A stretch of 60,029 bases of DNA, from positions 1-60,029 of the forward strand of contig PFJC01000022.1 in NCBI GenBank assembly GCA_002782865.1, read 5' to 3'. Positions within the stretch are counted from its first letter, which is position 1, and the number at the start of each line of letters is the position of its first letter. The notes below the pieces were generated by a model. It was given only the letters and a program-made list of their open reading frames with translations, searched no databases and had not been told where the DNA came from. Source of the stretch: Candidatus Uhrbacteria bacterium CG_4_10_14_3_um_filter_41_21. Its GTDB lineage: Bacteria > Patescibacteriota > Patescibacteriia > UBA9934. This document shows, piece after piece, positions 18,801 through 27,794 of the stretch. The translations under genes and the position numbers were made by a program.

Positions 18801-19664
18801 GCTAGCACCAGAAGTTAATGTTCCGTTGACATGTAACATTCCGCTTGATGTTCCAACAGCAGAAGGCCAGGCTGACAAGCCACTTACATCTATATCACCG
18901 CCTGAAAAAACAAAAGCGTCATCAGTTGAGTAGGACAGACTGCCTGTGTCTGCATCGCTCGCCTTAAATACAATCGAGCCGCTGGCACTTGAACCATCGC
19001 CTATGTAAACCGTATTTGTAGATTCATCTACTCCAAACGGTGAGGCGTTAAACACAGTTCCACCAATTGCAAAATCATCTGTTGCAGATGTTAAATATGT
19101 GACTGCACCACTGTCAGTAAAGAACTGCAATTCTGTCGAGTCCAAACCGTCCAGATAATCGGCATTAATCGCATACGGAGCTGATGTTAGTTGTTTTCGA
19201 GGGCTTAATTCTTCACCGCCTATATAAACTTGTAAGTAAATAGATGAATCAGTTGTAAACTCGGTTTCATCAATTGCAGCATATGGCGAGGCGAGGCTAG
19301 TATCTCCAAGTGATTCTGAAAAAAGTCCATCTGTTAATGTTATCGTTCTGGCAGCTGTCATTGCCGGAGTGTCACCGTCACAACTCGTACTTGAGTTTGA
19401 CCACAAACATGAGCCACCGGAGGAAGCTGAATACAACTCAAACTTCATCGACAATGAAGAATCTGAAACTGGAACGCCGGCGAGGTTTAAAATTCTACCT
19501 TGATATGTAATGATGATTGGTACAGAGGCTGCGTAAGCATTCATGAGCCTCGGCATGCTAAAGCCAAAGATTGAGCAAATCACAAACAACACCACAAAAA
19601 GCGTAGTGATCCTTCTTAAAAGTGTTGTCGGAGTTTGTTTATTCATACCTCCACGTCTGCGCAA
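15801..19664 (-). CDS. Giant secreted surface protein (1287 aa), tail-fibre-like, with duplicated DYAE(L/M)FP modules and an acidic tail
   Basis: N-terminal TM/signal segment. Contains SAPYAINADYLDGLDSTEL (a motif common in phage tail-fibre-like proteins) and two GSDYAELFP / SYDFAEMFP modules resembling peptidase-G2/intramolecular-chaperone cleavage domains. The last ~110 aa are E/V/D-rich. Confidence 0.7.
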   Translation of the reverse strand: MRRRGGMNKQTPTTLLRRITTLFVVLFVICSIFGFSMPRLMNAYAASVPIIITYQGRILNLAGVPVSDSSLSMKFELYSASSGGSCLWSNSSTSCDGDTPAMTAARTITLTDGLFSESLGDTSLASPYAAIDETEFTTDSSIYLQVYIGGEELSPRKQLTSAPYAINADYLDGLDSTELQFFTDSGAVTYLTSATDDFAIGGTVFNASPFGVDESTNTVYIGDGSSASGSIVFKASDADTGSLSYSTDDAFVFSGGDIDVSGLSAWPSAVGTSSGMLHVNGTLTSGASGGTGVYGFLGLNVDVFNDSTETVGYDQDLIAITGEAQNSTSGELSNLYGLYGTATSQSTSVNAIGIKAVGVYGSAKNSGAGVTVPAAYGMLAQVIPDDGTMTAAYGISAQILSSSGAITTSYAGDFINTFEGTTRYGVRSGASGGTTNYSGYFYGAQVFVDNSIAPSTALLVDGPGDLYVYDQLEIAGNNQTTDAVIKLDTGNLITGAGLMIRRANSGTDFTGLQGLVNFTLDDTGSNGNLLYLNHDGTGKSLYIDQVGDGTALDVHGTSTTDYIAAFYNDGNADTNMGISIQACVDVSPTGACNYLIFKDGDGDSLGVVEGNGGGVVFASPGSDYAELFPGVYSDFDEGDILALDATGNIILATDDADMIGAFSTKANTLGNWVDGWESAGIYVPVALLGQVQVNINDSSGAIAVGDYITLSSTPGVGRRATGVGHVIGQALEAHTSGTGTIQVLVNPNWIAADILEEDGTATSVNSNLKLTSSGTATASTTGQNSNEFILRGSGWNGATVSDIDMSIITKVSDSADYGLSVSNDDGTEVAYISSEGNFAIAGRLYPSDRGTLQTDKYIYYDGSSGAGGDFMRTNASGWGAGSYDFAEMFPSTQTLSAGEVVIFASDDESVQRSTSKTYDDKIAGVVSTQPGFLAGENLPGHVPIALAGRVPTYVSGENGEIKVGDPLTTSAKPGYAMKATAAGPIVGYAMESFSGNTGAITVFIRPSYYDGGDIADAPGVDNSASGFTSVSKLDLSGSVNLNGDSIASIGSLVGIGSNWKISEDGQFSTKGQFVHLVKSYQGEDVETYAALSRNVTIQLTGTVELKQGSASIKFEDIDPKFNDIISNTQPYKVFLTADAPTNTLYAVNRSTSGFQIKENGGSSMATVDWMVIAYHKDFEPEEVEEDVPEDVDVEVEEVIDDIDVNEEEIVDESTDAEEVAGPISDIVEEVVTEAETVIEEEIIEEPAIVEEAVETPALVESADPELTTDTPVEEVVSTAEPIDIVVE

Positions 19665-19700
19665 AAATTTGCGTACACGCGGAAGTACGATTCCGCGATA

Positions 19701-22271
19701 TTATACCACTTTTTGTTCTAGCTTTACATCAACAGATATAACTTTTGGTTCTACATTTTTCGTAAAATCAATTGGTCGCACTTCTTGACGATCAAACCCG
19801 GCTCTTTCAAATGTTACAAAGTATTCATTTGGTCCAGCTAAAAATGCATAGCGTCCTTTTCCGTCTGTTAAAGTAGACTCAATTAATTTATTGTATTCTG
19901 GCTCAAATAATCGAACCACTGTATTTGCAATTGGATTGCCGTCTCTTACTGCTGACACAATTCCCCAGCCTTTTTTCTTTTTTGATTTTGCAAGAACACG
20001 AGTGATTGAATAAACAAGCACATGGATTAACAATAAACCAAAGCTAAATAGTGTTGGCGAAATAATTACAACTATGACTGCTAAAATTAGACCGGAAAGC
20101 GCTAGCACATGTTGCAAAGTCCGAAGAAAACGCGAGACTATTAGTTTTTTTGGAGTTGGATATTTATCAGATTGGGTTGGATCAAGCGGGATATTGGCTG
20201 AAATCACTACATTTTTATCAGTAACTTCAATTATCCCGCCAGTATAAACATCTAAATATTCACCATCATCTTTTTTACCTTTCAAATAATCACTTGGATA
20301 ATCAAACCCCTGTTTTGTTACTTGAATTTGATATTTACCGGGATCAATTTTAAAGAAGTACCTTCCCTCTTTATCAGTGACCATTGTTTTTACCAGTTTG
20401 CCTGATTCAGAATATAACCTAACAATTGCCAAATCCAATGGAACTTTTGTTATTGCGTTATAAATTATTCCAAACTGACGACGCTTGCGACGAGCAAAAA
20501 ATAGTATCGGTGAGCTAAATAAGTACCTAATGAAATTAAGAAGATTAAACGAGCTTGATAAAACTCCGGCGCTTCCAACCGCGGCCGCTACTGTGACCGG
20601 TCGAGCTATATCACCGACTGTCTGAATTTGTGGCGATTCTCTGATTTCATTAACAAAATTAACTGCATCTTGAATATTTTCAACAGTTTTTTCCACCACC
20701 TGCTGGACTGATGCAACTACGCCGGTTTCTTCTATCACTACATCATCTGCCACAGTCTCGTTAACTAAACGCACCAATTCGATACTGGTTGTCAAAATGT
20801 TGTTCCGAACTCGAACCGTCGCTTGTGAATCTTCATAACCAGATTTTCCGGCAGTCACAATATATGTGCCGTTTGGAACATACCAAGAGAATCCGCCTGA
20901 CGAACCAACTACTACCGGATTACTCTGACCATAAGCTGTAGCATCCCATTGCACATCTGGCGTTCCGGATTCATAGACAATCACTACCGCTCCATCCACC
21001 GCAATTCTTTCATCATCAATTACTTCATAAACCCAGCCTGATGGTTTTGAATCCAAAACAACAACATCTGTACTTGAACCGCCATCTTCATAATCCACCA
21101 AAACCGTAACCGTTGAATCATTACTTGGAATAGTGACTAAAGTTTCATAAATACCATTTAATACTTCTATCAAATCGTAATTATTTTCATCAATTGATAC
21201 TGTAACAGATTCTACGCTATCAGTATCCGCCGGCGTTACTCGAACAAGAGCTGATGTGTTTGGCAATACTTCAACCGAATTGTCACCAAGATTGATTGTT
21301 TGATCGGCAACGATTATTTCCACCTCAACATCTCTATTATCTCCGACCCCGGAATCTCCACTCGTACCTGTTTCACCGGAATTAATGTCTGATCCTGTGT
21401 CGCTATTGGTTTCACCGGACGAAGTATCAGAATCAGTATCGGTTCCAGAATCGGTTGTTCCGTCTGTACTGGTTCCACCATCCGTGGAAGTATCGCCATC
21501 AGTTGTTGTGCCGTCATCGGTTGTCGTGGTGTCATCAGTCGTCGTGTCGTCGGTGGTGGTATTGTCCGTGGTAGTATCATCATCGGTTGTCGTGTCATCA
21601 GTTGCTGTATCATCAGTGACAGAGTCATCTGTCGGCGTTACATCATCAATCGGAGTAGTATCATCTGTTGTGCCCGTATCACCGCCGCTCGGAGGCGAGT
21701 CATCACCTGTAACGATAGCACTAACCCCAGAGTCGTCATCGGTAACAATTGGAATTGGAATAGACCCTGACATTCCCGATGTTCCAGCGATACCGGCAAA
21801 ATAAGTTCCGACCGAGCTTGGATTTACAATTTGATTTGTACCCGATCCACTGGCAGCAGCGTTTGTTCCAATTTCAACTATCAACTGACTACCCGACGCC
21901 ACTGCTCCACCGTCTCCAGCACAGATTGTAATAGTCACAACATCGCCGGAAATTTCAACTGACGCCTGTTCAGTTCCGATACAATCCGTAGCGGTTATTA
22001 AGTCTGTGCTATCGTCTGCCAAATCAACATCATTTTCAGTAATTGACGATGTGTCAAAACTTGATGGAAAAATAATAATTATTGTTTCTCCTTCGTCGAT
22101 TGCTTCGGAAAGAGTTATAACTATTTTGTGGTTTGATGTCTGATTAATCTTAAGAGCTGTTGGCAAATCATAAACATCTGTAACTGTAGTGGCGGCGTAG
22201 ACTGAAAACCCAAAACTAACCGCTACAAATAGTAATGGCAAAATAAGATATTTCCTTATGCCTGGAATCAT
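19701..22271 (-). CDS. Secreted/membrane protein (856 aa) with a Thr/Asp-rich linker and carboxypeptidase-regulatory-like beta-sandwich domains
   Basis: Has a signal peptide. Three segments resemble CarboxypepD_reg domains (for example VRLYSESGKLVKTMVTDKEGRYFFKIDPGKYQIQVTKQGF). Internal TM segments are followed by KKKK/RRKRR. Confidence 0.65.
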   Translation of the reverse strand: MIPGIRKYLILPLLFVAVSFGFSVYAATTVTDVYDLPTALKINQTSNHKIVITLSEAIDEGETIIIIFPSSFDTSSITENDVDLADDSTDLITATDCIGTEQASVEISGDVVTITICAGDGGAVASGSQLIVEIGTNAAASGSGTNQIVNPSSVGTYFAGIAGTSGMSGSIPIPIVTDDDSGVSAIVTGDDSPPSGGDTGTTDDTTPIDDVTPTDDSVTDDTATDDTTTDDDTTTDNTTTDDTTTDDTTTTDDGTTTDGDTSTDGGTSTDGTTDSGTDTDSDTSSGETNSDTGSDINSGETGTSGDSGVGDNRDVEVEIIVADQTINLGDNSVEVLPNTSALVRVTPADTDSVESVTVSIDENNYDLIEVLNGIYETLVTIPSNDSTVTVLVDYEDGGSSTDVVVLDSKPSGWVYEVIDDERIAVDGAVVIVYESGTPDVQWDATAYGQSNPVVVGSSGGFSWYVPNGTYIVTAGKSGYEDSQATVRVRNNILTTSIELVRLVNETVADDVVIEETGVVASVQQVVEKTVENIQDAVNFVNEIRESPQIQTVGDIARPVTVAAAVGSAGVLSSSFNLLNFIRYLFSSPILFFARRKRRQFGIIYNAITKVPLDLAIVRLYSESGKLVKTMVTDKEGRYFFKIDPGKYQIQVTKQGFDYPSDYLKGKKDDGEYLDVYTGGIIEVTDKNVVISANIPLDPTQSDKYPTPKKLIVSRFLRTLQHVLALSGLILAVIVVIISPTLFSFGLLLIHVLVYSITRVLAKSKKKKGWGIVSAVRDGNPIANTVVRLFEPEYNKLIESTLTDGKGRYAFLAGPNEYFVTFERAGFDRQEVRPIDFTKNVEPKVISVDVKLEQKVV
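21333..21707 (-). repeat. Coding low-complexity tract (DDTTTDD / TDG repeats)
   Basis: Encodes about aa 189-313 of the 856-aa protein, dominated by T, D, G and S. Confidence 0.8.
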
Positions 22272-23122
22272 AATCTATTCTTGCGTCTTCTAACTAACAA
22301 CCAAAGAATCACAAGCACAACTAACGCTATGCTGATCTGCTCGATTGGTAGAATAAAAAACGTAATTTCATCATTATAGGTTTCTCCGCCTTCCCACGAC
22401 CGGACTTCGATTTGAGCACTGTAATAGCCTATGGCAAAAAAACTGTCCCAAGCCTCTTCGTAGGTTCTAATTTGGCCGGACATTGTTCGGCTTCCATTCG
22501 GATTCAGACTAATTAATTCAACCGGATTGCCAAACATTGACTCGATGATTATTGTTCCAGTTGGCTGAACAATTTTTTCGCCATTATTTCTGACTGTTAA
22601 GTAAAACTGTGCAGAAAAATCAGTATAAAATGACTTGCTTGCTGAAAAATCAATCCATTCTACATCTTCGTCAATTTCACCCGGTATAGTAATAAAAATT
22701 AACGATGTCAAAGCCGGCTCAATGCCAATGCCAGAATTCAACTCCCCTAACTCAGATACGACAGCACCGTATACATAAACCCCGGGCCTTGAATTTCTAT
22801 CAGCTGTAACTGTAATCTCTAAATATTTGGCGTCGTTTGCCGGAACATCGATTATATCGTCAGTTTTAATCAATATATTATCATCTGAACCAATCTTGCT
22901 AAATGTAATATCTGCAACATTTTCGCCAATCTGTGCCTCGAGCAGATCAACTTGATATTTATGAGCCTGGTTTGAAGTGTTTTCAACTAAAATAGAAATG
23001 ATATCCGTCGATCCCCGATTAATTTCCAAATCTTTAGCACTCGGTGATAATCCAAATGCACTAACCTGAAACGGTAAAAGAAATAAAACAGCGGTGATTG
23101 ATAGTCTAGTAATCACCGACAT
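22268..23122 (-). CDS. Secreted protein with a C-terminal TM anchor (284 aa), DUF916/CscA-like architecture
   Basis: Has a signal peptide, beta-rich body, terminal hydrophobic helix and RRRKNRL tail. Its stop overlaps the downstream start by 4 nt. The DUF916 resemblance is architectural only. Confidence 0.5.
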   Translation of the reverse strand: MSVITRLSITAVLFLLPFQVSAFGLSPSAKDLEINRGSTDIISILVENTSNQAHKYQVDLLEAQIGENVADITFSKIGSDDNILIKTDDIIDVPANDAKYLEITVTADRNSRPGVYVYGAVVSELGELNSGIGIEPALTSLIFITIPGEIDEDVEWIDFSASKSFYTDFSAQFYLTVRNNGEKIVQPTGTIIIESMFGNPVELISLNPNGSRTMSGQIRTYEEAWDSFFAIGYYSAQIEVRSWEGGETYNDEITFFILPIEQISIALVVLVILWLLVRRRKNRL

Positions 23123-24023
23123 ACATCAGAGTTAAGTTTTGAGTATAGGTTCCATCGGCTACCGTTCCATCAACTGTTGCTTTAAGCGTAATAAATCCTC
23201 TTGTATCAAAACTGGTAGCCGACTCGCTTGCAATCTGCTGAGCAGTTGATGTGATCGCCGTATCAACAGTATCAAATGTTGATAATGCCAAAGTGGTATC
23301 TGATGATCTTGCACCATATTCGTCCTGAACTCCGTTTACACTTCCGTCTGAAACATCATCAATTGTATTTGATCCACTGGTTAAATCCTGATCTTCATAA
23401 AAATAGACTGAAAATCCGTCATCGACTTCGGCAGTAACCTCCCAGGCAATAATTGAGGTTGAAATATTTCCTGGGACTAAGGTTCCAAGCGATAATGTTG
23501 TTGCATCAAGTGAATAAACATAATCGTCTGTGCCGTTTGGCGCTGGCAATGCCGCTGAATATGTCCATGAATCTACAGTGATAATTGGGCTAGAAATTGA
23601 TGATATTTTACCAATTGCCGTATTTTGACTGCTGCCTTCGTCTTGAACTAAAGCAATATAGTCCCCATCAGCAAATCCAGAAGTTGAGGTAACGGTAACA
23701 GTTGTACTTGTTGCCAATGTTGCAGAAACTTGAGAAGCGCGGTCCTGTATATAGATAGTGAAATCAGCAGTTTGGTCAAAAACACCGGCCCGATAACCAA
23801 AATTGACTGAGTATGATGTTGAACTTGAGTTACCAGTTCCCTGCAGTCCGATAGAGTCTCTCAGAATATATGATGAGGAACTGCTGGTGTCATCGCCACC
23901 GGCACTAATCGAGTCCCAATTAATCTGATAGTTTGTGGACGACATCGTAGCGTAAACACTATCAACTGAAATTAACAGCGATAAAATCAGTACAAAACCT
24001 AGCCATCGGAATCCGATCTTCAT
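23106..24023 (-). CDS. Secreted Ser/Thr-rich protein (305 aa), first gene of the surface operon
   Basis: Signal peptide MKIGFRWLGFVLILSLLISVDSVYA. Repeated S.NY.I..DSI..GG / SSYILRDSIG motifs. Overlaps the next gene by 17 nt. Confidence 0.6.
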   Translation of the reverse strand: MKIGFRWLGFVLILSLLISVDSVYATMSSTNYQINWDSISAGGDDTSSSSSYILRDSIGLQGTGNSSSTSYSVNFGYRAGVFDQTADFTIYIQDRASQVSATLATSTTVTVTSTSGFADGDYIALVQDEGSSQNTAIGKISSISSPIITVDSWTYSAALPAPNGTDDYVYSLDATTLSLGTLVPGNISTSIIAWEVTAEVDDGFSVYFYEDQDLTSGSNTIDDVSDGSVNGVQDEYGARSSDTTLALSTFDTVDTAITSTAQQIASESATSFDTRGFITLKATVDGTVADGTYTQNLTLMYVGDY

Positions 24024-24101
24024 ACAAATACATTATAGAATGAACACAATTTTGCGTCAAAAGAATATTTTGCTAACCTTAGCCAAATAATAAAGCTAGG
24101 C

Positions 24102-24156
24102 TGTGGATAAAACCATTATCTAAACAATAATTTCTCAGTCCACTGTGGACAAGTGT
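24102..24156. promoter_or_regulatory. DnaA-box pair upstream of the surface operon
   Basis: TGTGGATAA (24102-24110) is a perfect reverse complement of TTATCCACA. TGTGGACAA (24144-24152) has one mismatch and is embedded in the 13-mer TGTGGACAAGTGT, which recurs at 55890-55902. Confidence 0.55.
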
Positions 24157-24213
24157 CTATATTATTTGTCTACTACAGCGTAGACAAATTTCATGTGAAA
24201 CTAATCAACATTT

Positions 24214-24552
24214 CTACTTTTCCTTTTCGTTTCTTTTAGATAATTTTACAAAAATGATAGAAACAATTACTACAAGAATTGTTATAATGATTGCATAAGC
24301 CAGTTGTGCCAACAATGAATCGCTTTCAACAGTATAATATCTGGCGATTAATGCCCTTATAGCATCATTCCAGGCAAGCCCAGCGACAAGTCCAAATGCT
24401 GCTAATAGATATCCAGCTACTTTTTCCCAAACTTCACTAGCAAATTTGCCAGTTTTGTCTTTGATATTATTAGCCCCTTCCGTTCTATCACCACCGAAAT
24501 ATATTTTTGAAGTAATATTTGTCTTGATAAATTGAATAATTTTATTAATCAT
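24214..24552 (-). CDS. Small 2-TM membrane protein (112 aa)
   Basis: Two hydrophobic helices (VAGYLLAAFGLVAGLAW, AYAIIITILVVIVSIIFV). No motif recognised with confidence. Confidence 0.55.
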   Translation of the reverse strand: MINKIIQFIKTNITSKIYFGGDRTEGANNIKDKTGKFASEVWEKVAGYLLAAFGLVAGLAWNDAIRALIARYYTVESDSLLAQLAYAIIITILVVIVSIIFVKLSKRNEKEK

Positions 24553-24660
24553 ATAATATACACTGTTTTTAAAAAGTTAAATATTTACATATTATAAGAT
24601 CAAGAGATTACCCTTGATCTTAAATGTCTTAATTTATTCCTGTCCTTTCTTTACACCTAG

Positions 24661-24737
24661 TGGTGGACCCTACCGGATTCGAACCGGTGGCCTCTTCCAT
24701 GCCATGGAAGCGCTCTAGCCAGCTGAGCTAAGGGCCC
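24661..24737 (-). tRNA. tRNA-Ala (anticodon GGC), CCA encoded
   Basis: Manual cloverleaf: GGGCCCT acceptor with a G3:U70 pair, anticodon stem CTTCC/GGAAG, loop AT-GGC-AT, T-arm ACCGG-TTCGAAT-CCGGT. Confidence 0.9.
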
Positions 24738-24869
24738 ATAATTATATACTTCATTATTCGTTTCTTTGGTCGAACTGAGCTCGACTATCACCTCGCATAG
24801 CTTCTTACAATGTTGTCCCAGCCAAAGCTGAGCTTTGGCTTCATCAAGCTACAGCCGAGCTAGGCTCGG

Positions 24870-24946
24870 TGGTGTCCCGGGAGGGATTTGAACCCCCGGC
24901 CTTATCCTTAGGACGGATCTGCTCTATCCAGCTGAGCTACCGGGAC
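24870..24946 (-). tRNA. tRNA-Arg (anticodon CCT), CCA encoded
   Basis: Manual cloverleaf: GTCCCGG/CCGGGAC acceptor, loop GT-CCT-AA, T-arm GGGGG-TTCAAAT-CCCTC. Confidence 0.85.
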
Positions 24947-25338
24947 ATATTGCTTGGTGAAATATTTCAGCAGGGAACTGAGAAATTGACTTTAATCGTT
25001 TATCAATATACTCCTAAACGCAATTGCTGCTGGTATCGCTGATCAAAGTACCTGTTTCACGTGAATAGGTTGCAAGTGTCGTAAAATGCTTACCTACATT
25101 TATAACTGCAAATAGTGTATATGAAAGCGTATGTAAAGTCTATGCCTAATTCTAATAATGATGCCTATTAAGCATTATAACTAACGCGTATTTTATCTCC
25201 AACGCTAGTGAAACATGCACTATGTGCACATTACGACTAACGCGGCGGTGCGGAGCCAAGCAGTTGGCTCCTTACTCCGCCTTGTTTATGATAAAATACA
25301 ACTCACAACGATCCCGGTTAAGTCAGTAATACTAAACT

Positions 25339-26445
25339 ATGGAATATTTTCTATTTGCTATCACAGGTTTTGCAATAATTGTCGCAATTTATTTCTATTT
25401 TCAATCAAAATCTGGAACAAGCAATCAAGCATCGCAAAATATTATTGAGCAAATGCAGCAAATCAGGGAAGAGATGGTCCGAGGTACATCAGAGCAAAGA
25501 AAAGAAATCCAAGAAAGGCTAGATCGCGTAAACGATGAGCTAAATAGAGGACTAAAGCATTCTCACTCCTCAATGCAGCAGCAATTTCAGCAAACTTCAG
25601 GAATTGTAAAAGATGTAACAGAACGACTTACTAAGCTCGATGAAACAAATAAACAGGTCCTGGACTTTTCATCGCAACTTCAAAATCTGCAAAATATCCT
25701 TAAAAATCCAAAACAACGCGGAGTTTTAGGTGAATATTGGCTGGAAACACTGCTTGGCAATGTTTTGCCTAAAGAAAGCTATAAAATGCAATATTCTATT
25801 GGCGAAGATCAGAAAACAGGACAAAAATTAATTGCTGACTCTGTAATTTTTATAAGTAATGAAATAATTGCAATTGATGCCAAGTTTAGCCTTGAGAATT
25901 ACAATCGAATGATGGAAGAGCAAGATCAAGAAAAAAGAGAAAAAATCGAGAAAGAATTTAAGGCTGATGTAAAACGACGAATTGACGAGACTAGCAAATA
26001 CATTCGACCCGATCTTGGAACAATGGATTTTGCTTTCATGTTTATTCCAGCTGAAGGTGTTTATTATAACCTTCTAAACGCTGATGTTGGCTCGGGAATC
26101 AACAGTGCCAGCCTTGTTGAATACGCTTTCAGTAAACAAGTAATGATCGTTAGCCCAACTTCCTTTTACGCATATTTGCAAACTGTTATCCTGGGGCTCC
26201 GAAAGCTGAAAATAGAAAAACATACGCAAGAAATCATAAAACGCGTTGGTGAACTTGGAAAACATTTTATGAGCTATGCTGATTATCACGATAAATTAGG
26301 AAAGAATCTTGGAACAGTCGTGAATCAATACAATCAAAGTAGTGGGGAACTAAGAAAGATGAGCAAGGATGTCGAGAAGATATCAAGCGGAACAATGGAA
26401 GATGTAATTGATTTGGAAGAAATTGATAAACCAATGATCGAATAA
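25339..26445 (+). CDS. rmuC: DNA recombination protein RmuC
   Basis: N-terminal TM, long coiled coil, then an RmuC nuclease-like C-terminal domain (GEYWLETLLGNVLP, FMFIPAEGVYY). Confidence 0.85.
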   Translation: MEYFLFAITGFAIIVAIYFYFQSKSGTSNQASQNIIEQMQQIREEMVRGTSEQRKEIQERLDRVNDELNRGLKHSHSSMQQQFQQTSGIVKDVTERLTKLDETNKQVLDFSSQLQNLQNILKNPKQRGVLGEYWLETLLGNVLPKESYKMQYSIGEDQKTGQKLIADSVIFISNEIIAIDAKFSLENYNRMMEEQDQEKREKIEKEFKADVKRRIDETSKYIRPDLGTMDFAFMFIPAEGVYYNLLNADVGSGINSASLVEYAFSKQVMIVSPTSFYAYLQTVILGLRKLKIEKHTQEIIKRVGELGKHFMSYADYHDKLGKNLGTVVNQYNQSSGELRKMSKDVEKISSGTMEDVIDLEEIDKPMIE

Positions 26446-26475
26446 AAAAAAGAACCCCGAAAGGGGTCTTTTTTG
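26444..26475. terminator. Bidirectional terminator between rmuC and the TrmB-like gene
   Basis: A-run, CCCC-GAAA-GGGG hairpin, T-run. A nearly identical hairpin lies at 28389-28418. Confidence 0.8.
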
Positions 26476-26476
26476 T

Positions 26477-27292
26477 TTACTTTGTTGGTAATTCGCCCCA
26501 AAGTCTTTCAAATATTGTTCTGTGAAAATCAGCTAACTCTTTTGATTCAATAATAACCGCCATTTTTTCTTTCCAAGAAGCAATCAATATTTTATTGTTA
26601 TAAATATTTACTTCAGGTGTAAAGGAATCACTTTGAGGTAAAAACCTGGTATTTCTCATTTCGTTGCTATCTTTTTGAGCTCGCTCGTAAGATGATTTAT
26701 TGCGCGGCAGAATTGCTCTAATAAATACTCCGGCGTCCGATCGACGCTGATAGTACTTAGGAAAGAAATTCGGAAGTGCCTCGTGCATTGTTTCTACGTT
26801 TGCATAGGCGAGAATTGGATCTTTTGATGTCAGCGTATCTTCATACGCTTCGCGCATACCTTTCTCGTCTTCATAAAATTGAACCTTTGGCCGAGTACTA
26901 TCCTTATATTGTTTTGAGATAAGCTCTGGCAAAAGTTTTTCAACTTCAGCTTTCTTCTTTGTTAATCTTTCCGTAGTGTTTTCGATTTCTCGGTCAATAT
27001 AACTTAAGAGTCGTTTTGGCTCTAGCGCTTCAAAATATGTTTGATTACCTCTTATATTTTTGCTTATCAAGCCTTTTTTCATTAAAGAGCTAAGAATATC
27101 GTACATAGTTGTACGGTTAAGGTCTGCCTTTTTAGCAATTTCTCCGGCTCTTGCCTCACCAAGCTCGAGCAAACCAAGATAGGTTGCAATTTCTTTTTCT
27201 GTAAAATTCAGATCTCGAAGTGTTGTTTCAAGCATATTTTGTGGAAATAATAACGACACTTTATTTATATAATATTCGCTAAATTTTGTCAA
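26477..27292 (-). CDS. TrmB-family transcriptional regulator
   Basis: Winged HTH (YLGLLELGEARAGEIAKKADLNRTTMYDILSSLMKKGLI) plus a TrmB-like C-terminal domain. The real start may be the Met at about 27235. Confidence 0.75.
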   Translation of the reverse strand: MTKFSEYYINKVSLLFPQNMLETTLRDLNFTEKEIATYLGLLELGEARAGEIAKKADLNRTTMYDILSSLMKKGLISKNIRGNQTYFEALEPKRLLSYIDREIENTTERLTKKKAEVEKLLPELISKQYKDSTRPKVQFYEDEKGMREAYEDTLTSKDPILAYANVETMHEALPNFFPKYYQRRSDAGVFIRAILPRNKSSYERAQKDSNEMRNTRFLPQSDSFTPEVNIYNNKILIASWKEKMAVIIESKELADFHRTIFERLWGELPTK

Positions 27293-27383
27293 TACTAAAT
27301 TTCTATTTATAGTCTACTCTCGACAAAAGTAGAATTTATTGATATTTTGATCGGTCGAAATCAATCGACAAGTGGAGGCAGTT

Positions 27384-27794
27384 ATGAACGTTACATGTGA
27401 GGTCTCTCTCCTGAATGTGGCGCCCTGTACGAAATTCAGACAAGAATACAACGCATGTGTGTTCCGTGTCCTCAAGGTGATGGCCAAGGCGTGGTTTTAT
27501 GCCACGCCGGGTGTCCGCGCCAAAAGCGCGGATGTCCAGGTCAAGGAAGGTCAGAACTTCCGGGCCGTCATCAGCGTTCAGTGTTGCAGGCAGAACGACG
27601 GCATCGTCGACGAGCCGGTGGTGTTTACCGGAAAAACTGCCGATGAAGTTCATCGGCAGATGGATCTTCTCACCGAGGTGGAAGGCACCCCGGTAGAGCA
27701 TGGCCTGAAGATCGATCCCTTCGAGCTTCACCGCGAAGCTCGAAGTCGAGTCTACTCGACCTGGATCGGCGTGGTTTTTGTCCACGCCATCTAG
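27384..27794 (+). CDS. GC-rich cassette 3a: small soluble Cys-containing protein (136 aa), unknown function
   Basis: A GGAGG lies 5 nt upstream of the ATG at 27384. GC3-enriched in this frame. A possible TCGACA-N17-TATTTT promoter lies at 27321-27349. Confidence 0.5.
   Translation: MNVTCEVSLLNVAPCTKFRQEYNACVFRVLKVMAKAWFYATPGVRAKSADVQVKEGQNFRAVISVQCCRQNDGIVDEPVVFTGKTADEVHRQMDLLTEVEGTPVEHGLKIDPFELHREARSRVYSTWIGVVFVHAI

Noticed and set aside
21333-21707. Highly repetitive nucleotide tract that could be mistaken for a CRISPR or tandem-repeat locus
   Set aside because: It lies in frame within the 856-aa ORF and encodes a Thr/Asp/Gly/Ser linker. It has no constant repeat-plus-unique-spacer structure. 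No CRISPR array or cas gene was seen anywhere in the window.
25215-25448. 77-aa ORF upstream of and overlapping rmuC
   Set aside because: It overlaps the rmuC start out of frame and has no start context. The 390-nt spacer does contain a GC-rich nested hairpin (25248-25287), but I could not support an RNA gene call.
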